Assembly (NCBI GenBank): GCA_035353675.1
Contig: DAOQAA010000003.1
Location: 781 to 64,780, forward strand
Direction of reading: 5' to 3'
Length of the DNA stretch: 64,000 nt
DNA from: Methanoregula sp.
GTDB lineage: Archaea > Halobacteriota > Methanomicrobia > Methanomicrobiales > Methanospirillaceae
Shown: in pieces, positions 1 through 10,720 of the stretch
How the letters are laid out: the number at the start of each line of letters is the position of its first letter
Position numbering within the stretch: the first letter of the stretch is position 1
Position numbers and translations under genes: made by a program
Notes under the pieces: generated by a model
Seen by the model: only the letters and a program-made list of their open reading frames with translations
Told to the model about the DNA's origin: nothing
The model's database searches: none

Positions 1-519
1 ATTGCGACTGAGTTTCCCACAATCACAAAGCAGTATTTTGCAAAACGGCATGTACCGGTCACGATTGTCCTTGTCGGCGGAGCCTGCGAAGCGACGCCAC
101 ACCTCGGGATCGCTGATGCAATTGTCGACCTTTCGAGTTCCGGAAATACCTTAAAAACCAACCGGCTCCGGGTTCTCGACGACGTGCTGACAACATCAAC
201 TCATTTGATCGCAAACCATGAGTCACTTGAGGCAAAGCGGGAAAAGATTGACGAGATCCACCTTGCACTTGAAAGTGTTATACGGGCAAAGGGGCAGTGC
301 TACCTGATGATGAACGTAAAACGGGCGTCGCTTGAAAAAGTGAAAGGCGTACTGCCCGGCCTTTCCGGACCAACGGTTATGGACGTTGCATCAACAGAAG
401 ACATGGTTGCAGTCCACGCTGTCGTAAACGAGGAACGGGTCTACGCGCTTATCAATGCCTTAAAACGGGCCGGCGCACGGGACATCCTTGTCATGTCAAT
501 CGAGCGGATGATCCGCTGA
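1..519 (+). CDS. hisG: ATP phosphoribosyltransferase (5' truncated by window edge)
   Basis: Frame 1 from base 1 reads IATEFP...GACEATPHLGIADAIVDLSSSGNTL, followed by a HisG C-terminal domain (LPGLSGPTVMDV...GARDILV); directly upstream of hisA and hisB. Confidence 0.95.
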   Translation: MATEFPTITKQYFAKRHVPVTIVLVGGACEATPHLGIADAIVDLSSSGNTLKTNRLRVLDDVLTTSTHLIANHESLEAKREKIDEIHLALESVIRAKGQCYLMMNVKRASLEKVKGVLPGLSGPTVMDVASTEDMVAVHAVVNEERVYALINALKRAGARDILVMSIERMIR

Positions 520-525
520 TATATC

Positions 526-1236
526 ATGAGAATTTTTCCGGCCGTTGACATTCTCGGGGGCAGATGTGTCCAGCTCGTGCAGGGCAAACGCGAGAGTGCA
601 ACCGCGTATGGCGATCCGCTTTCCTGTGCCCGCCGGTGGCTCGATGCCGGTGCCGATGCCCTGCATGTCGTGAACCTTGACGGTGCATTCGGGGAATCGG
701 CAAAAAACGCTGACCTGATCCGGGCGCTCGTGAAAGATACCGGTGTGGAAATCGAACTTGGCGGAGGTATCCGTTCTGTTGAGGACGGAGGCCGCTGGCT
801 CGAAACCGGGGTCAGCCGGATCATTCTTTCCACGCTTGCGATCAAGAAACCGGAAAGCATCCGCACCCTCGCGCAGGAATACGGCAGCGAACGGGTGATG
901 GCCGGTGTCGATGCCCGGGGTGGCGAGGTTGCTATCCACGGCTGGCAGGAGACTGCCGGAGATTATATCGGGTGGGCAAAGACCTTTGAACAGCTCGGGG
1001 CAGGATATTTACTTTATACAAATGTCGATGTCGAAGGGCTTCAGAAGGGTATTGCTGCCGGCCCGGTGGAGCGCCTGATCGGCAGTATAAGTATCCCGGT
1101 CGTTGTTGCCGGTGGCGTATCCGGCCGGGCTGATGTCGCCGCACTGCGTAAAGCCGGGGCATACGGTGCGGTGCTCGGTTCGGCACTCTATAGCGGAAAG
1201 ATTAACCTTTCAGAGGCACTAGAGGAATCTCGATGA
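526..1236 (+). CDS. hisA: ProFAR isomerase
   Basis: [38 protein letters not shown] and GSALY motifs; his operon context. Confidence 0.95.
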   Translation: MRIFPAVDILGGRCVQLVQGKRESATAYGDPLSCARRWLDAGADALHVVNLDGAFGESAKNADLIRALVKDTGVEIELGGGIRSVEDGGRWLETGVSRIILSTLAIKKPESIRTLAQEYGSERVMAGVDARGGEVAIHGWQETAGDYIGWAKTFEQLGAGYLLYTNVDVEGLQKGIAAGPVERLIGSISIPVVVAGGVSGRADVAALRKAGAYGAVLGSALYSGKINLSEALEESR

Positions 1237-1814
1237 GAAAAGTTTCAGTTTCACGAGAGACAAAAGAGACAACGATTACACTCACCCTCAATTTTGACGG
1301 CACCGGGAAGGTATCAGTTGAGACCGGAATCCCGTTCTTCGACCACATGCTTACCGGTTTTGCAAAGCACGGGGGGTTCGATCTCACCTGCAAAGCCACG
1401 GGCGATCTCGGTGTCGACTGCCACCACACTATCGAGGATGTCGGGATTGTTATTGGTGAAGCGGTAAAAAAGTCAATCGGCGATGGGAAGGGCATCAGCA
1501 GGTTTGCGCACGCGATCATTCCCATGGACGAATCCCTTGCGCAGGTGGCACTTGACTGCGGGGGACGCGGGTACCTGGTCTACAAGGGCACTTTCGGCAA
1601 CAAGACACTGGGTAACATCCCCTCGGATCTCTTCGAGCACTTCTTCTATTCGCTCTGCATGCACGCAGGGATAACCGCTCACATCACGTTCTCCGGTAAA
1701 AACGATCACCACCAGTGCGAAGCGGCATTCAAGGCCTTTGGCATTGCACTGGGAAAAGCTATGGAAAAGAACGCAAAATCAAAAGGCGTCCCAAGCACAA
1801 AAGGGACATTCTGA
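1233..1814 (+). CDS. hisB: Imidazoleglycerol-phosphate dehydratase
   Basis: [26 protein letters not shown] and NDHHQCEA motifs; ATGA overlap with hisA. Confidence 0.97.
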   Translation: MRKVSVSRETKETTITLTLNFDGTGKVSVETGIPFFDHMLTGFAKHGGFDLTCKATGDLGVDCHHTIEDVGIVIGEAVKKSIGDGKGISRFAHAIIPMDESLAQVALDCGGRGYLVYKGTFGNKTLGNIPSDLFEHFFYSLCMHAGITAHITFSGKNDHHQCEAAFKAFGIALGKAMEKNAKSKGVPSTKGTF

Positions 1815-1894
1815 TCCAGTACAACCTTCGGGCAGAATGACAGAGGAGAAACTCCTCCCGCATTTTTGTTATACAACAAAACGGGTGATCATTA

Positions 1895-2182
1895 ATGGGA
1901 ATTTTCCGGTATGACAGTAAGTATTCCGCGCCGACAAAGGAGCAGCGCGAACGGTATATGAAAGGGGATTACGAAGAGCACAGTTTCGGGCCGGACAACG
2001 AGATCATGCTGATTGTCTACGATGATGCGGCGTATCTCAAGGATGACACAGATGGCACCCGGATCCTCTTTACCGGTGCAAAGGACAAGGCAAAAGTGTA
2101 CGATGAGCTCAAACGCCTGATAGACGAGCATGGGCACAAAGAAGACGGCAGCCGGTCGTTTGTAAGCGGGCGGGAAATTTAA
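1895..2182 (+). CDS. Hypothetical protein (95 aa)
   Basis: GGTGA ribosome-binding site upstream; globular composition; no family recognised. Confidence 0.7.
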   Translation: MGIFRYDSKYSAPTKEQRERYMKGDYEEHSFGPDNEIMLIVYDDAAYLKDDTDGTRILFTGAKDKAKVYDELKRLIDEHGHKEDGSRSFVSGREI

Positions 2183-2233
2183 AAAAATATATTCCTGTTA
2201 TCATTGTCAGGTCACATTTACGATATCCCTCTT

Positions 2234-2353
2234 GGGGGGATACCCCCCTCTTTTGCCAACACTGGGGGTGGGGGTAGGGCCCCTGTCTGCCCGGCTCAGG
2301 GGGTGACCCCCTCCTTGAAAAAATGTTGAGGGGGGGGTGGGGGTCACCCCCCC
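2234..2353. repeat. G/C-tract palindromic repeat cluster (REP/BIME-like), copy A
   Basis: GGGGGTGACCCCC (2299-2311) and its reverse complement GGGGGTCACCCCC (2339-2351); 18-bp exact match GGGGGTGACCCCCTCCTT to 52096-52113; lies between convergent genes. Confidence 0.7.
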
Positions 2354-2417
2354 ACTCATGTATTTTTGAGCGGCTGGAACTGTGGAAGGCGTCACTAAAT
2401 TGTTACAGAGACGGTTT

Positions 2418-2912
2418 TCATATAAACTTCTGCATCCACACCGTATCGAACACGACACCGTTTTTCACAGCAACATTTTTGAACTGCCCGCAGTGCACAA
2501 AGCCGTTCTTTTCGTGGAACCGGATGCTCCCTTCGTTTAAAGAAGAGATACATGCGAGGATTACTGAAATTTCCTGGGATTTCCCCTCCTTTTCAAGCTG
2601 TTTCAACATTTGGGTGCCAAGCCCTTTCCCGGTACAGCCCGGCCGGACAAAATATGAGACCTCGGCCGTGCGTGAAAACGCCGGCATCATGTTATGGAAA
2701 CGCAACAACCCAAAACCGGCAATTTTCCCATCCTGCTCTTTTGCGACAACCGACGGGTAATCTTTACATGCTGCAAGAAACAGGTTGAAAAATTCATACG
2801 GTACGGTCTGTGACGGGAATGCTGCAAAACTGTTCGCGATATAGTAGTTGAAAATATCGATTACTTCCGTTTCGTCTTCCGGCAAAAGTCTGCTGAATGA
2901 ATAACCTGTCAT
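2418..2912 (-). CDS. GNAT N-acetyltransferase (phosphinothricin acetyltransferase/YncA-like)
   Basis: IFNYYI, TAEVSYFV, GKGLGTQML, NEGSIRFHEKNGF and DTVWMQK motifs. Confidence 0.88.
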   Translation of the reverse strand: MTGYSFSRLLPEDETEVIDIFNYYIANSFAAFPSQTVPYEFFNLFLAACKDYPSVVAKEQDGKIAGFGLLRFHNMMPAFSRTAEVSYFVRPGCTGKGLGTQMLKQLEKEGKSQEISVILACISSLNEGSIRFHEKNGFVHCGQFKNVAVKNGVVFDTVWMQKFI

Positions 2913-3048
2913 GTATTATTCCTCCGGGAAATATCGCCCAACCAGTCAGATACGGAATATGTGTCTGATTTTAATAATTTTAAAAATATCCTGTTAAAGA
3001 TAACCTGGCACAAACACCTTCCAGTGGTGCAGAAGAAAAAAGAGTTGA

Positions 3049-3255
3049 TTAGTTGGACTTAGACGCGAGATCAACGTCTTCTTTCTTGATGGTCTTTCTT
3101 CCGGCGTGCTCAGCAAGCTTGTTTGCTTCCTTTGTGAGCTGGGCGATGTACTTCTCAGCCTTCACAACAAGTGCCTCAGCTGCATCGCTTCCTACTCTTT
3201 CGGCTCCGTTCTTCTTTGCAATCCGTACGACTGCGGCGATTGGTAAATCTGCCAT
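3049..3255 (-). CDS. Archaeal histone (HMf family), 68 aa
   Basis: MADLPIAAVVRIAKKNGAERVGSDA...HAGRKTIKKEDV; start placed at ATG 3255 after a GAGGT ribosome-binding site. Confidence 0.97.
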   Translation of the reverse strand: MADLPIAAVVRIAKKNGAERVGSDAAEALVVKAEKYIAQLTKEANKLAEHAGRKTIKKEDVDLASKSN

Positions 3256-3285
3256 TTTTCTTACCTCAAAAAGAAAGTCTCTTGG

Positions 3286-3303
3286 TATATATAAATACTT
3301 TTG
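3286..3303 (-). promoter_or_regulatory. TATA box/BRE of the histone gene
   Basis: Minus strand reads CAAAAGTATTTATATATA, about 30 nt upstream of the start codon. Confidence 0.6.
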
Positions 3304-3451
3304 GGAAAAATCCCCCATATTGCTTACTAAAACGATATTGGACAGCAGGAAGAACAGTACAGGCAAAACGCGCCACGTAATTTCGCAGAATATTTTTTAT
3401 AACCATTAAATGCTCTGTTTTCAAAAACAGACCGCGTTATGCGATTAAAAT

Positions 3452-4216
3452 TTATTCCAGCAATGATGCTGCGAGCATTAGCGCATTCGTGTAATCCGGT
3501 GAGGCGCGCGAGGTATCTACGAAAATTCTGTTGAGATTTACTACAAGTGCCCCATGTCCATGCCCGGCACCGAGAAATGCCAGCGTCCGGAAGACAAGGT
3601 TGCCGGATATCCCATCCGGCGCAATAATCATGCCGCAGGATTCAATCGCGTCCTCAATCAGGATCTCAAAATGTACCGCATTTCCAAGCTTTGCGACAAG
3701 TTCGGCATCTGCAATGCTCCGATCAACAATCGCATGCCGGCCGATATCCCCGAACCGGCCACCGGAAAGGACACCTGTTTTTTCCGGAAGCCCGAACCGG
3801 GCGGCAACATTCCGCCCTTTGCGGATCAGTTCAAGTTTATCCGCAACCGTCCAGCCTTCATCGATACCAACAGGAGCAAACAAAAATTTCTTCCCGTTTG
3901 CAGTCTCCAGGAGCGCTATCCTTTCAAGATGGTCAACTCCCGCAGCGTTTTTGAGCGCCTGGAGCGTCGCATTTGCAGGAAGTGAACCCCGGACAGCAGC
4001 ATCGATTGCTCCGGACATAAGATCCAAAACAAGCGCTGACTCCGGAGAGTCTGATTCTGCCAGCCGTACCTTTGGATTGCCGGAAGGTCTTTTTACGGTG
4101 CCGGGCTTTGTGTAACAGATAATATCGCACGGGACATTTACCCGGCAGGCACTTTCAATGACCTTTTCTGCATCCTCACCAATGCCAATTCCGATTTTTT
4201 TTACTGCTGCCGGCAT
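3452..4216 (-). CDS. mtxX: Methanogenesis marker protein 4 (MtxX)
   Basis: IDAAVRGSL, APVGIDEG, LSGGRxxDIGR, APDGISGNLVFR and FVDTSR motifs. Confidence 0.88.
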   Translation of the reverse strand: MPAAVKKIGIGIGEDAEKVIESACRVNVPCDIICYTKPGTVKRPSGNPKVRLAESDSPESALVLDLMSGAIDAAVRGSLPANATLQALKNAAGVDHLERIALLETANGKKFLFAPVGIDEGWTVADKLELIRKGRNVAARFGLPEKTGVLSGGRFGDIGRHAIVDRSIADAELVAKLGNAVHFEILIEDAIESCGMIIAPDGISGNLVFRTLAFLGAGHGHGALVVNLNRIFVDTSRASPDYTNALMLAASLLE

Positions 4217-5220
4217 GGCGCCTCATCCGGGGGAAGACAGGTAATCCCGTTTGCGATGAAATCAAAGACTTCGGACTCGTTCCCGTCATACCGGACCCTG
4301 AGCCGGCGGGTGTTATCAACGGCACCGATAACCCGGGCGGTCATTCCCACGGCAGCAAAACGCCGGATAATCTCATCCGCATGGACATCCTTTGCGGTCA
4401 GGACAAAACCCATGCCGGGATACATTTTTACCCACTGCTCAAAAGTCATGTTGTTTGCCGCAAGATCCGGTTTTGGCACAAGGCCGAGATCAAGTTCTGC
4501 ACCTTTGCCGCTCACTTCAAGAAGCATGCCGATTGTCCCGATAAGGCCGGGGTTGCTGATATCTTTTCCGGCGGTAACAAGGTGGTCCCGCCCGATCTCT
4601 TCCAGAAGCGCAATCTGGGCACGCACCTGTTCTGCGGATTTCATGGTTACCGAGTCCCAGTTAAGCGCACATGAGGGATGGACACGTCCGGTAAGATCGA
4701 TTGCTGCGATAATACAGTCCCCGGCCTTTGCCGTGTTGGAATAGATGATTGAATCGAGCCGGGCGGCACCGAGAATCGAGACATCGATAACGCTGTAGGG
4801 CGCATCGGGATGAAGGTGCCCGCCGACAATCGGCACACCGAACTGGGCAGATGCGTCGTGCATCCCTTTGACTACCAGCTCGTGGGTGCGGGTGTTTTTG
4901 GGCATTGAAAAAACATCCACCATCGCAATCGGTTTTCCGCCCATCGCGGCAATATCGTGGATATTGACAAGGACTGAACAATAACCGGCCCAGTACGGAT
5001 CGGCTTCCATGAGCCTGCTCCAGATGCCATCGGCCGCGAGGAGCAGCGCTTCACCGTTATGCTCAATAACTGCTGCATCCTCGCCAAACGAGGCAACAAC
5101 ATGGGGGGCTTCGATCCTCAGGGATTTTACCATCTCGCCGATGGCATGTTTTCGTTTAACTCCTTCATACTCCCTGACCACGTGCGCGATCTTTGAAGTG
5201 GAACAGTCAGTAGTAACCAC
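4201..5220 (-). CDS. Methanogenesis marker protein 2 (AIR synthase/ThiL-like)
   Basis: YEGVKRK, GEDAAVI, LVNIHDIAAMGG, GGHLHPD and KDISNPG motifs; GTG start at 5220 after GGTGA. Confidence 0.88.
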   Translation of the reverse strand: MVTTDCSTSKIAHVVREYEGVKRKHAIGEMVKSLRIEAPHVVASFGEDAAVIEHNGEALLLAADGIWSRLMEADPYWAGYCSVLVNIHDIAAMGGKPIAMVDVFSMPKNTRTHELVVKGMHDASAQFGVPIVGGHLHPDAPYSVIDVSILGAARLDSIIYSNTAKAGDCIIAAIDLTGRVHPSCALNWDSVTMKSAEQVRAQIALLEEIGRDHLVTAGKDISNPGLIGTIGMLLEVSGKGAELDLGLVPKPDLAANNMTFEQWVKMYPGMGFVLTAKDVHADEIIRRFAAVGMTARVIGAVDNTRRLRVRYDGNESEVFDFIANGITCLPPDEAPCRQQ

Positions 5221-5316
5221 GATGTCACCTGAAATATGCAGCAAAAGATAATTTGCTGTACGCTATTGTGGCCTCATCAGAGATAATTTATTTGATACGG
5301 GGTCGACTCCTGTAGT

Positions 5317-6762
5317 ATGGAATGGGCAGAGAAGTACCGTCCGGAACACCTTGCGGATATCGTCGGCAATTCAACCGCAGTCCGCCAGATGGCGGACTGG
5401 GCCCGGACCTGGACTTCCAAATCAAAACCGCTCCTGCTGTACGGCAAGCCGGGGATAGGGAAGACTTCTGCTGCCTATGCGCTTGCCCGTGACATGAACT
5501 GGGACGTGATCGAGCTCAACGCGAGCGACCAGAGAACTGCCGCCGTGATCGAGAGGATTGCCGGTGCCGGCAGCGTCACTGCAAGCCTGACCGGGTCGTC
5601 ACGGAAGCTTATTGTCATGGACGAGGCCGACAACCTGCACGGAACGGCTGATCGTGGCGGTGCAAAAGCAATTATCGAATGCATTAAAAATGCCCGCCAG
5701 CCCATGCTCCTCATTGCAAACGATCTCTACGGGCTTGCCCCGGAGCTCCGCCTGCGTTGCGAGCCGGTCCAGTTCAGGGCGCTGCCTGCCCGGTCGATTG
5801 CGCCACGGCTCAAATTCATCTGCGCAAACGAAAAGATTGCCTGTTCGGAATCGGCAGTCCACGAAATTGCAGAAAGTGCAAACGGGGACATGCGGGCGGC
5901 CGTGAACATGCTCTATGCCTCGGCTCTCGGCCGCGAATCGCTGGCGCAGGAACAGGTGCATACCTCCCAGAAAGATGAACGGGTCTCGATCTTTTCGCTT
6001 GTTTCGGCAGTATTTTCAAAGACTTCCGATGAAGACCTGATAAAATTATCATGGGATGCTGACGATACACCGGAAAATATTGAACAGTGGATTGAGGGGA
6101 ACGTACATTTAATTGCGGATCCTGCCGCCATCGAACAGGCCTACCGCTCGCTTGCGCGTGCCGATGAATATATCGGGTATACCTACCGGCGCCAGTACCA
6201 CACGCTCTGGCGTTATGCCACGGCAATGATGCTTCTTGGGGTTGCCGATGCCGCCGGGGGGAAAGGTATCCACGCACGTATCCTGCCTCCCGAACGCTGG
6301 CAGAAGATGTCCACGGCAAAAAAACAAAAGGCGATCCGGTATTCCGTGCTCTCTCGTCTTGCTTTTGCTATGCAGCTCCCCCAGACTACTCTTCGCGAAA
6401 AATACCTGGGCACCATTTCCCTCCTTGTGGAACATGACCCCGAAACATTTGCCCGCGAACTGGAGCTGGATGCTGACGGGCTCAATTTTTTCTTAAACGA
6501 CCGGGCACGGTCACTGGAGATCGTAAAAGCCATAACAAAAAAAGAGCAGGAACAGGAACAGGAACAAAAGAAAAAAGCAAAAAAGACAAAAACAAGTCCG
6601 ACCGGCACCGGGGAAAAGGAGACGGTTGCAGAGGCGCAGCCCAAACCGGCAGAGATACCGGTCGAAAAGCCGCAGGAAAAACAGGAGGCTGCACGGCCAC
6701 CGGATGCGCCGGAGAAAAAAACTGTGGCCAACAATCAGTCAACACTGTTTGACGGGTTCTGA
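5317..6762 (+). CDS. rfcL: Replication factor C large subunit
   Basis: MEWAEKYRP, Walker [21 protein letters not shown] and GDMRAAVN; C-terminal PIP box QSTLFDGF. Confidence 0.96.
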   Translation: MEWAEKYRPEHLADIVGNSTAVRQMADWARTWTSKSKPLLLYGKPGIGKTSAAYALARDMNWDVIELNASDQRTAAVIERIAGAGSVTASLTGSSRKLIVMDEADNLHGTADRGGAKAIIECIKNARQPMLLIANDLYGLAPELRLRCEPVQFRALPARSIAPRLKFICANEKIACSESAVHEIAESANGDMRAAVNMLYASALGRESLAQEQVHTSQKDERVSIFSLVSAVFSKTSDEDLIKLSWDADDTPENIEQWIEGNVHLIADPAAIEQAYRSLARADEYIGYTYRRQYHTLWRYATAMMLLGVADAAGGKGIHARILPPERWQKMSTAKKQKAIRYSVLSRLAFAMQLPQTTLREKYLGTISLLVEHDPETFARELELDADGLNFFLNDRARSLEIVKAITKKEQEQEQEQKKKAKKTKTSPTGTGEKETVAEAQPKPAEIPVEKPQEKQEAARPPDAPEKKTVANNQSTLFDGF

Positions 6763-7160
6763 CCGCGCCGGTAATAGCAGTGGAGAGGTACGCCGCAGTC
6801 GATAATCTTCCCCCCGTTCCCGTAGGATTCAAAACCGAGATGGTAGACCACAAGATCGCAGTCGAGTTTTTTTGCAAGCGCGATCATGGGGGGGATCATC
6901 TCTTCTGCCGGGCGGACGGCATACAGGACATCTGCGCCCTCGTAGCTGGAAATGTCGGGAGAGAAAATATCGTCGCGGGTAAATGACAGCCAGTCCGGCA
7001 GCTGGACGGGGTGAATATCCGTCGCACGCACGCGGATTCCCGCTTCATGGATGCATTGCGCGGCAGAGGGGTTTTTCCCTATGCCAATCTCGACGGGGTT
7101 GCGGTAGTGTGCCGCGATATATTCACCGACGCAGTGCTCAATATGTTTATACCCATCCAT
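6735..7160 (-). CDS. UPF0146 family protein
   Basis: VEIGIG, ATDI, DDIFSP and LYAVRP motifs. Confidence 0.8.
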   Translation of the reverse strand: MDGYKHIEHCVGEYIAAHYRNPVEIGIGKNPSAAQCIHEAGIRVRATDIHPVQLPDWLSFTRDDIFSPDISSYEGADVLYAVRPAEEMIPPMIALAKKLDCDLVVYHLGFESYGNGGKIIDCGVPLHCYYRRGQNPSNSVD

Positions 7161-7176
7161 CCAATAGAAATGAGCG

Positions 7177-7728
7177 ATGAGGCTCCATATTTTTTGGGAT
7201 CAACTTGCTCCGGAAGGCCTCCAGCTGCCGGTCGGGCGGACGATCTCGGCGCTGACCGGGTTACCGGCTGATGTTGTTAACAACCCGGTGCGTATCATGG
7301 GGTTTGTGAACGCACGAAAACAGATCGACGCACAGGTACAGCTGGACCACCTGACGGCGTATAAACACCAGCACCGTATTCCGGATCCGGTCCTTCTTGT
7401 CGTTAGCCAGGACCTCTTTAACCCCGGCCATTCAGCCCTTTTTGGTCTTGCACGGGAATCCACAGGAACTGCCGTGATCTCAACGGCCCGTTTGTCAAAC
7501 GAATATTACGGCTTGGACACAAATGACGATGACCTGATTGACCGGCTTACAAAAGAGGGGGCGCATGAAGTCGGCCATCTCATCGGACTTGCACACTGCC
7601 GCAACCATGAGTGTATAATGTTCTGCCCTGATACTCTCGATGAGCTGGACGGGAAAAAGAAATTATTCTGCGAGTCATGCCAGAAACAGATTGATGAAAA
7701 ATTCATGCCGCAGATCGACCAGTTCTGA
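7177..7728 (+). CDS. amzA: Archaemetzincin (peptidase M54)
   Basis: HEVGHLIGLAHC zinc motif, C-I-M turn, C-terminal CESC and ISTARL. Confidence 0.9.
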   Translation: MRLHIFWDQLAPEGLQLPVGRTISALTGLPADVVNNPVRIMGFVNARKQIDAQVQLDHLTAYKHQHRIPDPVLLVVSQDLFNPGHSALFGLARESTGTAVISTARLSNEYYGLDTNDDDLIDRLTKEGAHEVGHLIGLAHCRNHECIMFCPDTLDELDGKKKLFCESCQKQIDEKFMPQIDQF

Positions 7729-7868
7729 TCTTTTATATTTGCCGGCGATACTGGATCGCCGCTCCAAGCATAATTATTCCACAATGATTATGAACGGGAA
7801 GATGCTACTTTTTCGCTAAAAGAAATACAATCAGGTAATTTTTCACGCCAAAAGGATCTGGAGCGGAT

Positions 7869-9155
7869 ATGTTCAAACGCGTTCTTGTAGCAACTGATTT
7901 TTCCCGTAATGCTGACCGGGTGCTCGAGTGTATCGGAGAAATCCCGGGGATGGAAGAGATAATTCTCCTGCACGTCTGTCCCACAGAAAAGAACAATACG
8001 GTTGATTCCCCCGCAAGGCTGCTTGAAGAAAAAGAACGTATCCTTGCCCCGCTGGGTATCCCGATAAGATCACTTGTTGTCCAGAGTGAATACGGGAATA
8101 TCGCACGCGCAATTACAGAAACCGCGAACCGGGAACGGGCGTCACTGATTGTTACGGCAGCGAGAGGAAAAAGCCTGCTCCGCACGCTTGTGCTCGGCAG
8201 CGTCTCAAAAGGCGTGCTTGAGGCTAGCACAACCGATGTCCTTGTCCTGCACTTTCTTGGTGAAGATGCACCGGATAATGAAGTCCTTGAAAAATACTGC
8301 ACGAATATTTTTTATAAGATCCTCTGCCCGGTTGACTTTTCAAAACCCACTGAAGACGTGCTTGCATTTTTGTCGGATCTCCCCCTTATCCGGGAGGTCA
8401 CTCTCCTTCACGTACTGCCCGGCCCGGCATCAGGAAAAGACGCAGAAGAGCAAAAATCACAGGCTGCGCGTAAACTGGAACAACTGAAAACTGCCATGGA
8501 CATTCCTCCGGCAAGGATACGTACTGAAATCCGGACGGGTGATCCGGCAATGGAAATTGCAGCATATGCTGAAAAGGCAGATGTATCCCTTGTCCTGATA
8601 CCCCGTTACGGGAGCCGGGACTATGCGACTACGATACCGCTCGGCCGGAATGTATCCGGAGTGGCAGGCCGGGTGCGGCGCCCTGTCTTTATCAGGTATC
8701 CCCGGGTCCACCTTGATGTCAGGTCACGGGAACTTTCTGTGGATGAATTTGAACTGGCCGAAAAGGTATGGCTGGGATACCACCAGCAGAAAGCAGACCG
8801 GAACACGGACCGCATATTTGGCGTATTTGTTGAGGGGATGCTTGCCGCAGTCGCACGGTGCCGGAAGCACCCGGATGGTCTTGAAGTCGATGGGGTATTT
8901 GTTGACGATAAGTTCCGGAACAGGGGGTATGCAAGGAATGCAGTAAAGGCGCTTGTTGACGCATGTGGCGCAGAGACGCTTTACATGCACTCCACGCTTC
9001 CGCTTATCACATTTTATAGTTCGTTTGGTTTTTTCAAAATTGCCGAGCATGAATTACCGGCGACAATCCGGACGCGATTTGATTTTGCCGGCGGCAACCT
9101 TGAAGGGGCAAACGTCCAGCCCATGTGTCGCCAGCCACCGGCCAAACAACAGTAA
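7869..9155 (+). CDS. Tandem universal stress protein domains fused to a C-terminal GNAT domain
   Basis: MFKRVLVATDFS...LGSVS; second USP domain ILCPVDFS...GDPA; GNAT segment VDGVFVDDKFRNRGYA...FYSSFGF. Confidence 0.85.
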   Translation: MFKRVLVATDFSRNADRVLECIGEIPGMEEIILLHVCPTEKNNTVDSPARLLEEKERILAPLGIPIRSLVVQSEYGNIARAITETANRERASLIVTAARGKSLLRTLVLGSVSKGVLEASTTDVLVLHFLGEDAPDNEVLEKYCTNIFYKILCPVDFSKPTEDVLAFLSDLPLIREVTLLHVLPGPASGKDAEEQKSQAARKLEQLKTAMDIPPARIRTEIRTGDPAMEIAAYAEKADVSLVLIPRYGSRDYATTIPLGRNVSGVAGRVRRPVFIRYPRVHLDVRSRELSVDEFELAEKVWLGYHQQKADRNTDRIFGVFVEGMLAAVARCRKHPDGLEVDGVFVDDKFRNRGYARNAVKALVDACGAETLYMHSTLPLITFYSSFGFFKIAEHELPATIRTRFDFAGGNLEGANVQPMCRQPPAKQQ

Positions 9156-9176
9156 AAACCGTGATCCAACCGCCGG

Positions 9177-9764
9177 TTATCCGTGCAGGGGCAGGATCTC
9201 GATCTCCATCGTACTGATTTTTTCATATATCTTTTTTGACCGGATAATCGGCCAGAGTTCGTAGAGAAGCACAGTGATCGGCTCCCACATCGCCGCCCAC
9301 CCGATAATCAGAAGTGAATCGGACAGGAGCTGGGCGAGGAAATGATTGTCCATGGTCACAACGAACTGGCGCGATACGAGTGCGACAGCGAGAAACGAGA
9401 GCCCGATGACAAGGCTGACCCGGCCAAACCGGAACTTCGACCGGAATTTCCGGTCCGCAACAAGCATCTTGTACTGGAAATGATTGTGGATGGCGGGGAT
9501 AGTTTTTTTTGCCTCATCGCTTTCGACAAGCGCGGGAGGCAGGTAAATGTGGATTTTGAATTTTGTCTTTGCCGGGAAATCCCTCACCGTATCCACGATA
9601 TAATGTTCTGCCTGGGTATCGATCTCTTTTTCATAAAACGGTGCTGGATCAAAGGAGTTGAAGAGCTGGTTTATGGATGTCAGTTTGATTTCGATCAGTA
9701 CCCGTCCGTCCTTTTTGTGGTACATCGACTCAATATCCCGGACCGGCTCCGATACAAGAGGCAT
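9177..9764 (-). CDS. Conserved hypothetical membrane protein (2 TM)
   Basis: QLFNSFDPAPF and IIGWAAMWEP segments; two hydrophobic helices; start could be the Met at 9728. Confidence 0.75.
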   Translation of the reverse strand: MPLVSEPVRDIESMYHKKDGRVLIEIKLTSINQLFNSFDPAPFYEKEIDTQAEHYIVDTVRDFPAKTKFKIHIYLPPALVESDEAKKTIPAIHNHFQYKMLVADRKFRSKFRFGRVSLVIGLSFLAVALVSRQFVVTMDNHFLAQLLSDSLLIIGWAAMWEPITVLLYELWPIIRSKKIYEKISTMEIEILPLHG

Positions 9765-9957
9765 AGTGCTTGTGTACGACGGCAGAGCGAATAAACTTCA
9801 CGAACCGGGAATGTTCCAGGAATTTACCCGTGTAACATAGGGGATTCTGACAGATGGCAGATCGATGGGCTACAGAAACCTGTACCAGCTGAAATGACCT
9901 CCCTGCCGTTTTCCGGAAATGGAGGTTAAAAAAAACTGCGTTTAAAAGGTCCCGCAA

Positions 9958-10542
9958 TTATTCCTTGTCACTGACGTACAGGAAGCCGTCCGGCTCACGG
10001 TAGTCGGTCTTTATCACGATTGTATTGGAGATCCGGTTAAAGACCCGGAGCTTTGTCCGTGGCATCGCAAGCCATCCGATCAGGCAGTCAAGAATAAGTA
10101 TCGGCAAAAATGCTTTCCCAATGCTTTCCACAGCAGCAGTTCCCCAGTGGATCTTTGAGCCGTCGCGGTTAACAACACGTATGTTCATCACCATTTTTCC
10201 TATTGACTGGCCCTTGTAGCTCTCGCAGACGGTCCAGTACAGCAAGAATATGAGAGTCTCGATCCCGATTTCAAAAAATCCCCAGTGGCCTAAATCCCAG
10301 AGACGGTACATCACCAGGTTGACAGATTCGAAAATACCATGTACAATATTCAAAACCAGAACTATAATGATGAAATCGATGAGCCATGCCCAGAACCGGG
10401 TAGACCATCGGGCAAGGTATAATGTCTTGCCATGATTTATCTGCGGGAGTACCTGTTCAGTCCCGGTAATGGGTTCCGGCACTGGTGCTGGCGTTGGAAC
10501 CGGTTCTGGTATTGGGGTAGTTCCCGGGATAGCATCTGCCAT
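9958..10542 (-). CDS. RDD family membrane protein
   Basis: ARWSTRFWAWLIDF and GQSIGKMVMNIRVV motifs; Pro/Thr-rich N-terminus. Confidence 0.85.
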   Translation of the reverse strand: MADAIPGTTPIPEPVPTPAPVPEPITGTEQVLPQINHGKTLYLARWSTRFWAWLIDFIIIVLVLNIVHGIFESVNLVMYRLWDLGHWGFFEIGIETLIFLLYWTVCESYKGQSIGKMVMNIRVVNRDGSKIHWGTAAVESIGKAFLPILILDCLIGWLAMPRTKLRVFNRISNTIVIKTDYREPDGFLYVSDKE

Positions 10543-10720
10543 AGTAGCAAATACGTATGCAACATGAAAGAATGAAGGTTACGCTGCAAACACCCGCGAA
10601 AAGGCGGCATAAACAGGTGCATAATAAAAAAAGCGCTGCGAAGAGTTGCGATACTGGGAACAAGAATTTAAACGCAGAAAAAAATAACGTTAAAAAATCA
10701 GGCAGATCGTGAGGTGGACA

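Noticed and set aside
3256-3366. N-terminal extension of the histone ORF in the track (105 aa)
   Set aside because: The TATA box and ribosome-binding site lie inside the extension; the real start is ATG 3255
6544-6567. (GAACAG)n repeat encoding EQEQEQEQ in RFC-L
   Set aside because: Ordinary low-complexity charged tail of RFC-L; in frame, so not a phase-variation switch
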